From: Octopus vulgaris
Taxonomy: Eukaryota
Length of the DNA: 64,000 bases
Reading direction: 5' to 3'
Assembly: GCA_951406725.2 (NCBI GenBank)
Contig: OX597823.1
Location: 47,616,001-47,680,000, forward strand
This document shows, one piece after another, positions 1 through 14,325 of the stretch (its first letter is position 1; every line of letters begins with the position of its first letter). A program made the position numbers and the translations under genes. The notes below the pieces were generated by a model. That model was not told where the DNA came from. It did no database searches and saw nothing but the letters and a program-made list of their open reading frames with translations.

Positions 1-847
1 TTAACTAAATTTCAGCGGCATTGCATTTCCTTTACACATCAGTCTGGCCTCGAGACAGCACAACAATCTTCATTTTAATGGCATTCCACTAAATCTCTTC
101 CTTTCCATATTCTGGTCCCAGTTAGTAATTCTAATATGAAATTTATTCATTATACTGCATTATTACATCATACAGGGAATTATCTTTCAAAGGTAAATAC
201 TATTGATAGAAACTCGACAAGAGAATGTACTCTTTGACTTATTGCCGATATTTCACACTACCTCTAATGCTACCTGACACAAGGAATAAAATTCAGCAAG
301 CATGATTGTGCAGTGAAATATATAAAATTACATATTCTACTAGCTTCCATCATTCTGCATTTGCTATCCCTGGAACAAATTTTGCCACTTTAGCATCCTT
401 TATATCAACATTATTCAGCGCTTCTTGTGATTTCTAGTGCAAATTTGCATAGCACTGCTCTATTGGTTTAGCTTTTATGACAGTACCGTTCTCTTACATT
501 TCACTGTTAACATGCATGGATACACTTTGGCATCGGCGTAGTTCTAGGAAAGTAGTAATGGTTATTTGAATACTGCGTTCACGAGAAACTGTTACACATT
601 GTTACACTAAATGAACTTTGGGAATATATTCTGGAATATGTTTATTTAAATTATTTTTCAATGTGCTAAGCATTTCATATTACTTGCATTGTGACTGAAT
701 GACAGAGAGAGATTTGAATGTTTTTGTTTCAGAGCTATAGTGTTAGTTGTATACGTATATTTGTGTATGTGCATGTGCACACACACATACATATATATAC
801 ATCATACATACATACACAAATATAAACACACAACTAAGCCTCTGTGC

Positions 848-903
<56 letters not shown>

Positions 904-1166
904 CACAGCACAGAGGTCTAGTTGTGTGTAACATGATACACTGATATATATATATATATACACATACACTTGCGTGTGTAATATGGTTTACATATATATG
1001 CTATTGAGGTGGCATCTTAGCAGTGTATGAGTCACAAAGTTTAAGTATTTTTATATTGTAGCATGCAAACTATCTTCTGAATGTCTTTGTAAAAGCACAG
1101 CTGCAATCTCTCTCTTGAAAGGCACATCCATATACATACAATTACACATATCTATATGTATATGCG

Positions 1167-1197
<31 letters not shown>

Positions 1198-4100
1198 TCT
1201 ACTAAACTAGTTACTGTCATGGACTCTAATGCTCTAATATAATGAATGCTGTGTAGTATACTGTAGTCAGGAATGCAGTATGTGTAACACAAATATTGCT
1301 GAGTAACATTCTGTACTTAGGAGTACAATATATGTGACACACAATGGTGTAGTGACAACTGGCTGTGCAACAGACTGTATTATTTGATAACTAATGTGTT
1401 GTGAAAGCTGAGAAATATAGAAATATTGTTTTAACTAAAATGTTTCAAGTTTCTGTGACATCTGAATTACTTTTTGTTTTAAAAGTTTTTCTATATTTGA
1501 TTTGTTTTATTGAAAACTCACAATAAACCAAAAATATAGTTTATTGAAAAATGACAACGATGTGTATTGACTTTTGGAAGCCATTGCTATAGTGTTCCAA
1601 AATAGCAGTTCTATAATAATTTTTCATTTGTTTTTATTACCAGTTGGTCTTTCTGTATTTTAGGCAAACGAAGCCTGAAGAATTCAAGGTGTAAAATGAC
1701 TTCTCTCTTTACTCTCATGAAACATGCTGATCTTGTTTAGAAGCTTAACATTTATCATCATTACTATTTTGTTTTAAATTCTATTTCTGTAGAGTTTTGT
1801 AAATGGTTTACAATTGTGATATGAATCAAATTGTTACATGGCTTTATTCCTGATTCCTCTTTACAAATGAGGGGTATTAAGTTTCATACGAGTCTTGTAT
1901 AATTAGTGTCACTCATTTGACTGTTCTTTAATGTTCAGAGATATTTATGGTTATTTAGTGTATCGTTGAATTAGTCTCAGTAAACTATAAAATCAACTTT
2001 CCTTTGAAACTTTGTCCTTTGCCACCCAAACATACATCTTACTTGCAAAAATAAAACAATCAAGATGTCAAATATCAAATGAAAAAATTTCTTTACCATG
2101 TGCACTAAGAGCAAGGCAGCTCTGTAGTACCAGAATCTGTCTTTCTCTTATTGTCTGTAGCCAAAAATCACAGAAGCAAGTGAATTGAAAATGTAAATTA
2201 GGCCAAGGTTTTAATTTAACAAGATATTACTATCACTTCACAGTGTCCAAAACTTAATATGCTTCCATTTCTCAAACAAATGAAAGCATTTGTCTTAGTC
2301 TTAAGGTTAACAAAATATTGGTTAATGTCATATCAGAAGAATGGATAATTAGATATGAAGTATATTTTAGAAATGTTAGTATTGAGTTGGGAAGCTAAAA
2401 CAAGCATTCTATTCATCTCTGTTTGAAAATACTTGTGTATTATGATGGTCAGATACTAATAAAATGCACTTCAGCAAAGTGAACACAGAGAAATCATGCT
2501 TTACAGTTATAATTATATTGGTCAATTGTGAAAATTAATAAGAAATATATATTGCATAGAGACATTGGAACTGTGACCAGCTTAACTGATCATCTACATC
2601 TGCAAAAATATTTTGAAGAAGCTACACACTTATATAGATGCATTTACAGTTTTGATCAAACTGAGTTCAGTCAATGATCTCAATAACTATAGATGTTCAA
2701 TATTCTCATTCAAAACATTTTAAGTGAATTCTTTTCAAAATATCCCTTGTATTATATATTGCTATGTAAATATTGCTGTATACTGATTGTATATCACTTC
2801 ATAACATAGTGTTAAATCAGTAATATTTAATAACCTAATATATCAATAAAATAGTATTTTATCATATACATTCTAAGATTTGAAAAGTACTTGCCATGTT
2901 CTGTTAGATTGCTGTGAAAATAGCTGGTATTCTAACTAAATAATGCTCAAATATTAAACACATTTACTAACACAGTAATTGGCATAGATAATAAAAATCT
3001 AGACCAGACGCTTGATTCAGTGATTCATCTTCCTATATTCTGCTCCCCATTGGACTTCATGTTAGATGTTCTTAGTATCGATCTATGGAAATTTCAATGA
3101 ATTATATCTTAGAAGAATTGGTTTTATGCTGAAGGAAGAAGAAAATACATAAATACTTTATTTAGTTTGAAATGTCTTGTGGTTAATTCATTAAATGCCT
3201 TAAATGTTATAAAAGACTTAAATATTTGGAAGAAAGCAGATATTCTGGGCAAGAACATTATACCATAATATAGACATAAATTATGCTTAATTAAAATATA
3301 TATTTTGCAGAAGAGATAAAAATGAAGTCTTCTCTGTTTGTATGAACTGTTCTTTGTTATAAGTGTGCTCGTGTGTTAATTGTGCATAAATGTGTCTTTC
3401 TTTATAAGTAGAGCAGTGTGTATATATCATTTCACTTGATTTTTTTTTTTTAGAATAATACCAGTAAAAGGGGAAAAAACAACAATTTAGACTTCATAGA
3501 AATAAAGTAGCCTTTAGCTGGTCAAAATATTCTTTTCTTTTTCTTGTTATTCCATACAGAAAATAACTTTTTGTGACATTGATTATTTTGGTTACTTGTC
3601 TTTTACTTCTAATTTCTCTATGCAATTCATCTCTAACCATCCAAACTATTCACTCATTTTTAAACCTCTTTTGCTTGGGTTTCTTCTTTTTTCTATTTTT
3701 TTGGGGGGTTTTTCTCTCTCTACCTTGATTTATGATAGCCTTGTTGATATCATTTTAGAAGTTTGATTTTTGTTTTATCAATGTTCTAAGCCTGCAATGG
3801 TTTAGTGTTGTAAATCTGACAATCTTGCTGCATCTCTAAGCACTGTCTATAAGCACCCAGACTGCTGCAGCATCATAGTTATAAAACATTGATTCAACGA
3901 TGTATTGTTAATATATATTCCCTTATAGATATTCAATATATAATGAACATGCCTGTACTTACTAAAATTATGACATGGCTAAGACACAAACCTAAATATT
4001 TAACACTTGCAATCAGAAGAACTCAGCAGTTACATATATAATTGTTATAAAGCTATGAACAAATGTGAGCTCTGTTATTATTTAAATATTATAACATTTG

Positions 4101-5457
4101 TGAAGCTTCTACCATGGAAATACATGCAAATGAATTTAGCAATGCTCTCTGAAATTAAACAAAGATTCTGGCATTCAAATATAAATTAATTATACAGAAA
4201 CTTTTGATGCAAAACTTAACTTATTTGCTTTATGTTATAACAATCTCATAAAAAAACCGTTTATTTTCAAATAATTATGTATCTTTAAAGTATTATTATT
4301 CTTTTCTTTTTCTATCTTAAAGTTATAAGAATGTAAGATTATCTATTATTCATTCCATTATAATTTTCCTCCAAAATCCATTTTAAATCATATCAAATTA
4401 AAACAATTTTAAATTGATGTTTAATTTTACAGTTTATTATTTCCTTGACTGCTACAATAAGACTATTTAAGTAGATGTCAAAGTTTCAAGTTATTTACTG
4501 AAGTTCCGTGTTTGCTTTTGGTACCTCATTTTTGGAAAAATAGTAGTATATGGTCAAAGTTTGGTACTCTTATATATTTGTCAAGTAAACTATGTTTTAA
4601 AACCTATTGTTTTTTGGGTTTTTTTTTTAGTTCTTTCATATGCTGAAAAAAAAAACGAAACAAGAAATATATATGGAAGAAAAATTGATATTTTAAATTG
4701 TAATATAAAAATACAGTTTGCATCCCCCCCGTCTCTTTCTCTCTCTTAATCTCTTCTCTATGTCTCTCTCTAAATATTTTGTCTTATATGAAATAAAAAA
4801 CAAACAAAAAGCGATAATTTATATGAAAGGAAAAATTCCTTACTTTTGTAAAATGAATAAAATAAAAAGCATTGACATGAAATTTTTTTTTTCTCTGGAA
4901 CAATGCTGTACAACTGTTTATTTAGTGAAAAATGTTAACAGAGAGGAAACTAATCTATTTTCCATTGTGTTCCACCACCTGAGTAAGTGCCACTGCATAA
5001 GTGAGCCTTGGTGAGTGATATTTCTGCATGAGGGAACTTTGTTGAGTGATACTTCTGTTGGAGAAAAACCACTATGAGTGATGCCATGGCATGGAACAAG
5101 GCTTAGTGAGGGCATTTCACCATGTATGTGAACACTAAAACATTCGGCATCATTATGGGAGGCGTTTTCAATAGGCGGTATTACCATGTGAGAGAAATTC
5201 CTTGAATGGTGGCATTATGTATCAGAGCCCGATGAATGGTGTTGCCAAGAGAGTGAAAAACTTCACCTTAATTAACTTCTCGTTAAGTTGATAAAACCCT
5301 AATTACTGTTTCTTTTCTAATTCTAACTGCAATTCTGATGCAAAATTTTTTTAAAAAATGGTATGTTCTATTTCAACAGATACATCAAATCTCATTTGCA
5401 TATGTACACATACACATGCACAGTATACATATAGATATGTGTGTGTATATATGTATG

Positions 5458-5500
<43 letters not shown>

Positions 5501-7019
5501 ATATATATATATTCACATACACATGCACACACTGATTTTTTTATTATTTAAAATCCCACTCCCCAGTTAAAGACAAAGAATCTAAAGAAGAAAATAAGTA
5601 TCCGAAAATCATTCACAATCAGGAAATGAAAAAACTGAAGATTGTGTAATCTGCTATTATTAATGTGTTGGTGGTGTTACACATGATGTACACACACACA
5701 CACACACATACATATGCACACATACAAACACATAATGTTGTCATTATACTCATTAAATCCAGAAATTAAAATCACTGTTGAAGCAGGGAATTTTATTTTT
5801 GTTTCAATTACTAAACAGGAATTTTTGGTAACAACTTTAAACTTAGTATAAAACTATTCATTCATGCCATACATACTATCATGATTACTATCATTTTATA
5901 ACAATAACTACTAATGCTGTTCTCATTACTATTACTACTATTATGGCGGTACAGATGATGCTGGTTGTAAGAAGCCGGATCACATCTGTTAAAGAATTTA
6001 GTTTGGTACCTTTCTGTTTCTGAATTCAGAATCCGCCTGGTCTGCTTTGCCTTTCATTCCTTTGGGATTGATAAAATAAGTAGCATTAAGTTACTGAGGG
6101 CTATTTTATTGAATATATCTCTTCCTTTTACAATACAGGCCTCATGCATAGTAAAAAAGAAATTATTATTATTATTATTATTATCATTATTATTATTATT
6201 ATTCCTAAGAATACAAAATGCAGGGAAATCCTTTTGTGGAATAATACCAAGAATTGTCTTCAAATTATTTTAAAAGCAGGGAAACAATTTACTACTCATT
6301 ATATTTTTCCTTCTCGTTAATTTAATGAAAAAGGAAAGAAAAAATAATCAACATCACCAGCACCAATTACCATATTAAAACAGGGTTTTCTATTTTTTTT
6401 TTTTCTTCAAAACCAATTTTTTTTTTATCTGTGCTTACATTCAACAAACATTTCTCTCCAAAGCAGGGACAGTCTTCTTTGTTCTCATGAGAAAATCATT
6501 TAAAAAATGTTTTCTTTTTATATCTGACAACAACACTTCGAACAGTTATCATTTGATATCCATCAAGTATCTGTAACTGAAAGTATACATAAAATATGAT
6601 TTTTATCTTATTTCCTTTGTGTTAATAAATAAAAAGGAAAAAAAAAACTAATAATAATAATAATAAAGGTTACTTTGGCAGACTGAAAAACAATTTTTTG
6701 CAAATTTCTGAATTCTCTCTCTCTTTTTCTTCTTTTTTTTTGAGAAATGGTAACAATTTTAAGTTTAATATATTATAGTATGAATATTGTTCCAGGAGGT
6801 AACTAAAAGATGAGTTGCTACTGATGTTACACTGGAAGCAAGTTGATGTATGTTTTATTTAACTGTACATGTTTTGTTCTTTAACTTGTGTGTTCTACCA
6901 GTTTTTGAAGTTTTTATGTACAAAGCTATATAAATAATGTATATATATATATATATTATATAAATGTTCAATATTTATATATATATATATTCATATATAC
7001 ATATTATATATATATAATT

Positions 7020-7086
<67 letters not shown>

Positions 7087-7235
7087 ATACACAATAATTA
7101 GAAATGAACCTTATACATGCTAACCTCACACAAAAATATCCATCTTCAGGGTATCACCACCATCACCACCTTCATTGGATGTATAATTAAGAAATCCACC
7201 CTATTCAAGAATATAGGTAGATAAATATATATATG

Positions 7236-7295
<60 letters not shown>

Positions 7296-7703
7296 AGTGT
7301 GTATGTATATATATAAATATATATATATGAATTTATATATGTGTGTGTCTGTGTGCATATATGTATATGCATATATATGATAATATATTATTAAATCAAC
7401 ATTAAATAGAGTGATGTATTATCTATGACTGACAGTAGAATATATAATTTTATTTTTGAATTATGTGAAGATCACAAACTGGGGTGATTTAAAACATATG
7501 TAACAAAAATATATAGATATATAAATAAAGAGCAGGGAAAAAAGTACCCTAATACACACATTTTTCTTGAGGTACATTGTATTTCTTTTGGATCTGTATG
7601 CATTTGATATGAAAATATAAATAAATATATTAATAAACATACACACAAACATTTGTGTAGATATATATATATCTAAAGTGTAATGGCTATATGAAATCAA
7701 ATG

Positions 7704-7736
<33 letters not shown>

Positions 7737-8498
7737 ATCTGAATGGATATGTGTATATTTATATTGATATACATACATACATATATATATGCATACACAC
7801 ACACATATACATACATATATATATATACACATACATGTGTATGTGCATGCATATATGTATATGCGTTACCCACATTATTCCATGACTAATAAAGTTCTTT
7901 TTTAAAAAAAACTCTTTAAAATAAGCTTGAAATGGGGGTTGAAGTATCATCCCAGTTTGCTACAGGTATTCCTGTTTCGTCTTTCTTTGAATCAATAGGA
8001 AACCTTCGTAGACATTGATCAATAATTGTTCTACATTCAAAAACTTTCACCAGATATAATAAGTTAATGAAGAAAAAAAAAAAAGCTATTCTCAAAACAA
8101 CTTTAGTCTTTAAGCATATGTGCAATTATGTCAGCGTTTGTCTTGCTATACATACATGAACATATATAATTATATCTCAGTATGAGTGTGTGTTTAATGT
8201 GTGTAATAGCATATATGCATTTCTAATCATGACAACATCTCTATCGTGTGATGAACTTGGAATAATTTTGTTCATAATCTCGCTTTTACATCATTTATTT
8301 TCATAATGAAATCCTAATAGCATTGATTTGGTATTTCTAACAAAAAAAAAGACAAAACAAAAATATGGGTTGGTGGGAAAGAATATTGATGTATTTTATC
8401 AAGAAATTTAACTATTGGATGACACTATAAATGCTACTTAACTGTAATCTTCTCAATAAGGAGGGGGTGGGTGCAATTCATATATATATATATGTTTG

Positions 8499-8531
<33 letters not shown>

Positions 8532-8846
8532 TATGTATGTGTGTATGCACAAATATATACATGTATATGTATATCTGTGTCTATGTATGTATCTATGTGT
8601 GTATGTGTATGTCTATATATACATATATATACACACACATATTTACACATGCATACATATATATATATATATATAAGTTCTTCAAGTGAATACATACAAC
8701 TGTATCCTTTTATGAGTTTCACCATCTCTGCTATGGCCAGGCTTTACCAGGCCACCGCCTTGACTTTACAGAGCATAGTGCAGGGAACTGCTTTGAGTAG
8801 GCATATAAATTCAATGCTTAGATATCCATATATATATATGTATATA

Positions 8847-8893
<47 letters not shown>

Positions 8894-10141
8894 TATGTGT
8901 ATATGTATATATATACACATACACACACATATATATTCATACATATATGTGTGTGTGTTTATATATATATATATATATATATATATGCCTGAATATCTGT
9001 CTGTTTGCATATATGCATGTGTATTTACACATACATATGTGTGTAGGGGGGGAATTCTCTCCATTGTAATTGCGTTTTATTTATACTGTTTTGTTGTATA
9101 TACATATATCTTGAAATGAGTTGATTCCTTCAGCAAGTTTTATACATACCTTTTAAAGAAGTTTTGTGCATACAATTAAGAAGAAATAGAAAAAAAAAAA
9201 AGCAACAAAAGTGAGAAAGCTGTCTATTTGATATTCTTTTATCACATGTGCATTTATGTTTAGTGAAACCAATCTTTTGTAGGATGTATATATATTCATA
9301 CCTGTCAAGCAAATAAATACAGTGTTATTTGGTTGTAATAATTTATTGTTATGTGACAAATTAATCAATGGAATTAGAATGTTTTTGTTCTTTTTACATA
9401 CATACCAAAAAAATCAGACAAACATATATACACACATACATATATATATATACAATATATATATATATTTATATATATATATGTTATACATACGTATACA
9501 TACATATATATGTGTGCATGTGTGTGAGTGAACGAAAAATTATAAAATGTTCTTGTCTCTTTTTCCATTAGTGTTTTAATCAAAGTAAACACAATTGTAC
9601 ACTCACACACATGCGTGCGCATGTACACACACTCACACACACACACATACACATACACAAAAAAACACAAATCTTTACACACCTAAATACATATGTATGT
9701 GTATTTGAAAAAAGATATTAAAAAAAGTGGAAATATATATCAGAATATAAAAAAAAATTCTCTAAAAAAAAGAAAAGAAAATTAAATCAAATTAAAAATC
9801 CAAAGCAAAGATAAGAAAATGGAAGTGTGAATATAAAAAAAAAAGCATGTGAATAAAGAGATATGTGCAGGGTTAATTGTTCAATGTATCCAAATTGGTT
9901 CTTCTCAGTAAACTGTGTTTTTTATTTGTTAAGGTCTCATCAACTGCACTCCAACGTTGTACATAAAATCATTAAAAAAAATCGAAGAAAAACAAATAAA
10001 ACTGGCTCACCTTCCTTTTATTTCAAGTGTAACTTATTGAGTGCAGACTCAGTGACTGTTGGGTTAGATGTATGATTACTATGTATCCTGCCTTGCTTCA
10101 TACAGTGTTATTTCCCAGTTCATATTCCATTGACCTGCAAG

Positions 10142-10915
10142 AAATGCAGTTCATTTCAGAACCATACATGTTATTACTACACAATTTAAGGTGGCAAGGT
10201 GGCAGAAATGTTAAGATGCCAGCAACATGCAGTTCACTTCAGAATCAAACATCGTTATTACTACACAATTTAAGGTAGCAAACTGGTAGAAACATTAAAA
10301 TGCCAGGTAAAATGTAGTTCATTTCAGAAGCAAACATGTCACTATTACCACACAATTTAAAGCGGCAAGCTAGGAGAAACATTAAATTGCCAGGTAAAAT
10401 GCAGTTCACCTCAGAATCAAACATGTCGTTATTACTACACAATTTAAGGTAGCAAGCTGGCAGAACGTTAACATGCCAGGTAAAATGCAGTTCATCTCAG
10501 AATCAAACATGTCGTTATTATGTGATTTAAGGTGGTAAGCTGGCAGAAACATTAAATCGCCAGGTAAAATGCAGTTCACCTCAGAATCAAACATGTCATT
10601 ATTACTACACAATTTAAGGTAGCAAACTGGTAGAAACATTAAAACGCCAGGTAAAATGTAGTTCATTTCAGAAGCAAACATGTCATTATTACCACACAAT
10701 TTAAGGTGGCAAGCTGGCAGAACGTTAACATGCCAGGTAAAATGCAGTTCATCTCAGAATCAAACATGTCGTTATTATGTGATTTAAGGTGGTAAGCTGG
10801 CAGAAACATTAAATCGCCAGGTAAAATGCAGTTCACCTCAGAATCAAACATGTCGTTATTACTACACAATTTAAGGTAGTAAGCTGGCAGAAATGTTAAA
10901 ATGCCAGGTAAAATG
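10142..10915 (+). repeat. Minisatellite of about 86 bp (about 9 units) built from a SINE 5' end plus flank
   Basis: Unit AAATGCAGTTCAYYTCAGAATCAAACATGTCGTTATTACTACACAATTTAAGGTRGYAAGCTGGCAGAAACATTAAA..GCCAGGTA. The last unit continues into a full SINE. Confidence 0.95.
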
Positions 10916-11312
10916 CTTAGTGGCATTGTGTCTGTCTTTACATTCTACATTTAAATTTTACGAAGGTCAACTTTGCCTTTTGTCCTTTCGGGGTTTATAA
11001 AATCAGTACCTGTTGAGCACTGGGGTTGAAGTAATTGACTTACACCTCCCCCAAATTTGTTGGCCTGGTGCTGAAATTCAAAGTCATTATTACTACACAA
11101 TTCAAGGCTGTGAGCTGGCAGAACCATTGACACACCAGGCAAAATGCTTAGTGATATATCGTCCTCCTTTATGTTCTGAATTGAAATTCCGTGATGGTCA
11201 ACTTTGCCTTTCATCCATTTTGATAAAATAAGTACCAGTTGAGCACAGGGGTCAATGTAATAGATTTACCCCTTATTCCAAAATTGTTAGCCTCGTACCA
11301 ACATTCAAAACC
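10873..11312 (+). mobile_element. Two tandem SINEs (family B, head GGYGGYRAGCTGGCAGAA)
   Basis: Both carry GGTCAACTTTGCCTTT..ATAAGTACCAGTTGAGCAC.GGGGT and a GCCTYGTRCC tail. They are separated and followed by CATTRTTACTACACAA. Confidence 0.85.
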
Positions 11313-11782
11313 ATTGTTACTACACAACTAGGGTGTTTTATGAATAGATTACTTTTATATTTGTGGTTAACCTTTTTAGCATTTAGATAGCTTTGTCAAA
11401 TGTATTGCTTCTTTATTCATATTGTTATGAATTAAGCATGCATTATCTTGTAGCTCCAAGATTTCAATGGTTTGTTTGTACATTTTTAGAATGGCATTGT
11501 ATGGTAGGTGTGAGAGGTCGCATCTGGCCAGCTTTAACATAAAACAGGTAGAATATATAACACTGGTTGCTTGGAGAGCGGAGGCTGGGATGCATTGGCG
11601 ACTGCTGGTCTTCCATAAACATCATTGCCCAGACTTATGCCTGAGAGGGTACCTTTCTAGGTGCAATCCCATAGTCAGTCATGACTGAAAGTGGTCTCAG
11701 CATATATATATATACAGTATATATATATTATATATATTAACTTAATGTTCCATAAAGGTAAGATCAACAAAAAAACATATTC

Positions 11783-12269
11783 TATCCAGTGAGAGATAAA
11801 TATCATTTAATGTACATCTTATGAAGATGAGGACTACTAATAGTTTCTTGCTATGAAGACACGGCTAGGCTTGTTTTTATAACATATCTTGTGTCTCCAA
11901 GTAATCTCCAGGCTCTGAGCACATGGTCTGTTCTATTTGAAAATCAGGATGCTGGTACATGAGAGATCACAAGAAAAAGACAAGAAGGTTGAGGCAAAAA
12001 GTGGAAGGGTGAATAAAAATGGAAAAAGAAAACAAATTCGTCAATTTTCTTTGCTTTCTTTTTTTCATTTTTGTTCACCCTTCCAGTTTTTGCATCAACT
12101 TTCTCGTTTTGTTTCTTATATACCAGCATCCCGATTTTCAAGTAGAATAATAGACCATGTGTTCAGAGCCCAGAGATTGCTTGGAGCTGCAAGGTACATT
12201 ATAAAAACCAGCCTAGTCTCATGTCTTCATAGCAAGAATGCATTAGTGTGCATTAAATGAGATGGATAT
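11783..12269. repeat. Long imperfect palindrome (arms over 200 bp) derived from Penelope-like terminal sequence
   Basis: CTTGCTATGAAGAC..CTCCAAGTAATCTC..GAAGGGTGAATAAAAATG is mirrored by CATTTTTGTTCACCCTTC..GAGATTGCTTGGAG..GTCTTCATAGCAAG. The left arm matches 47753-47995. Confidence 0.85.
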
Positions 12270-14002
12270 ATATATATATAGATAGATAAACAGAAGTAAA
12301 TGAACAAATAAGAAATTTAGTGCTCAACATATTTGGTTAGAGTTACATGTATTTAATAACAATCTGGCTTAACCCTTCATTACTTGATGTAAGGAACTGA
12401 TTTTACCAATTATGTCATCCTGCTGATTGCCTGTCTGCTTTATCATGTAGATTTATGAATAAAATGATGCTTCGACAGTAAAGACAACTACATTATGCAA
12501 ATTGAACAATGAAGGCCTAAATACTTAGAAGCGATTTTAAATTTTCACTGCTCTGTCTCCAAACATCTGATGAATTGGATAGGCCCACGAAAGTTTTAAG
12601 AAATGCTGAGCTGAGTCAAACTGTTAGCAAATATGTGTGTGTGTGTTCTGCACACACGTATTGTGATTATGCACACACACACACATATAAATGAAATACT
12701 TTCTCTCTCAAAAAAGAAAGCTAATTCGGATATTAAATATAGTTAAATTTGGAGGAAAATTTTAAGTCAACATTATACTATATATATTTAAATCATGCAA
12801 AATATATCTATAAAACACTTTGAGAGTCATCCCCACTGCACTAAATCGCAGCCTACCAGCAAACAAGCTGAGCAGATACATTGAGCATGTGTGTTCGATA
12901 ATACAAAATCACACACCTACAAACACTTTATTCATTTACATCTTCAAAATCATTAAGCAGCATTGTCCTATATTTTGCTATTGTTTGGAAAAAGTGTGTA
13001 TGTATGTGTGTGCACACAAACACACATATATAGAAATACATACATTGTTTCATGTCATTTCCTTCCCCACCACATAATCATCACTATAGTCTATCATCTG
13101 TGGAACTCTTAAGAATAAAATATTCTCAGAAGAAATTCTGTCTTTTAAAAATATATTGCATTGTTGTCAAAACCAGGAGTGATATTTTAAATATATATAT
13201 TTGGCTGATAAAAACTCACATTTGAATGACTTGAAAATATACAAAAAAAGAAATAATAAAAAAGGAAAGAAATAGGTACCAAATGGCTATGTGGAGGAAA
13301 TGAATAAAATGAAACAATTTATTAAGGAAAATAATGGAATTGTGAGAGTTATATTAAATATAAGGAAAAAATGTTCTTGTTTAATTATTGACCTTCTTAA
13401 ACAATGTTGAAGACTAGGTGGTTTCTTTGTTATGACATCCACGTATTGGATTTTCACACAGACAACTGGCATAAACATAATGAGAATAAGAATTAGTAAC
13501 CAGAAGGCTTTTAACAGTGTTCCCACCCTCTCTCTTTCTCTTCTCTCTCTCAGATTGAGATAATAATAAGCTTATATATTGGTTTCATATTTTGGCACAA
13601 GGCCAGCAATTTCGTAGGAGGGACTAAGTTGATTACATCAACCCCAGCACTCGGCTGGTACTTATTTTCTTGACTCTGAAAGGATGAAATGGAAAGTTAA
13701 CCTTGGCGGAATTTGAACTCAGAACATAAAGACGGACAAAATATGGCTAAGCATTTTGCCTGGCATGCTAACAATTCTGCCTGATTGCCTGCCTTAATAA
13801 GCTCATATATGAATTATATCATGAGTAAATGGCAAATAATTTTGTAGATACAGGCGCAGGTGTGGCTGCACAGTAAGAAGCTTGCTTCCCAACCATATGG
13901 TTGCAGGATCAGTCCCCATGGGAAAGTGTCTTCTACTATAACCTCGAACCAACTGAGGCTTTGTGTGTGGATTTGGTAGATGGAAACTGAAAGAAGCCCA
14001 TC

Positions 14003-14064
<62 letters not shown>

Positions 14065-14099
14065 CGGTGTCTTTGTGTCAATGTTTGTCCCAACTGTAT

Positions 14100-14325
14100 C
14101 CTGCACTGCCAGACTTGGTCATCAATGGTCATCTGTTGCCAGCATTGTTCTTGGATGTTGTCACATAGAGAGACAGCAAAGATTTGATGAAGACACCACA
14201 TTTGGAAAACCTTGAGCTTGTTTGAGGATGGTCCAGGTCTCAGTGCTATCTGGAAGAAGCCCAATATCTCCCTAAGGACCAAGAGCCATCCTTTCCATGC
14301 ACTGGTTCTGCCTGTCTTCAACAGA
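14100..14325 (-). mobile_element. Degenerate RTE-like RT C-terminal fragment
   Basis: KLKVFQMWCLHQIFAVSLCDNI resembles the RTE L.AFEMWC.RRIL.ISW.D motif. Confidence 0.5.

Noticed and set aside
10142-10915. CRISPR-like repeat array
   Set aside because: The whole unit repeats with no unique spacers, the context is eukaryotic, and the unit derives from a SINE junction.
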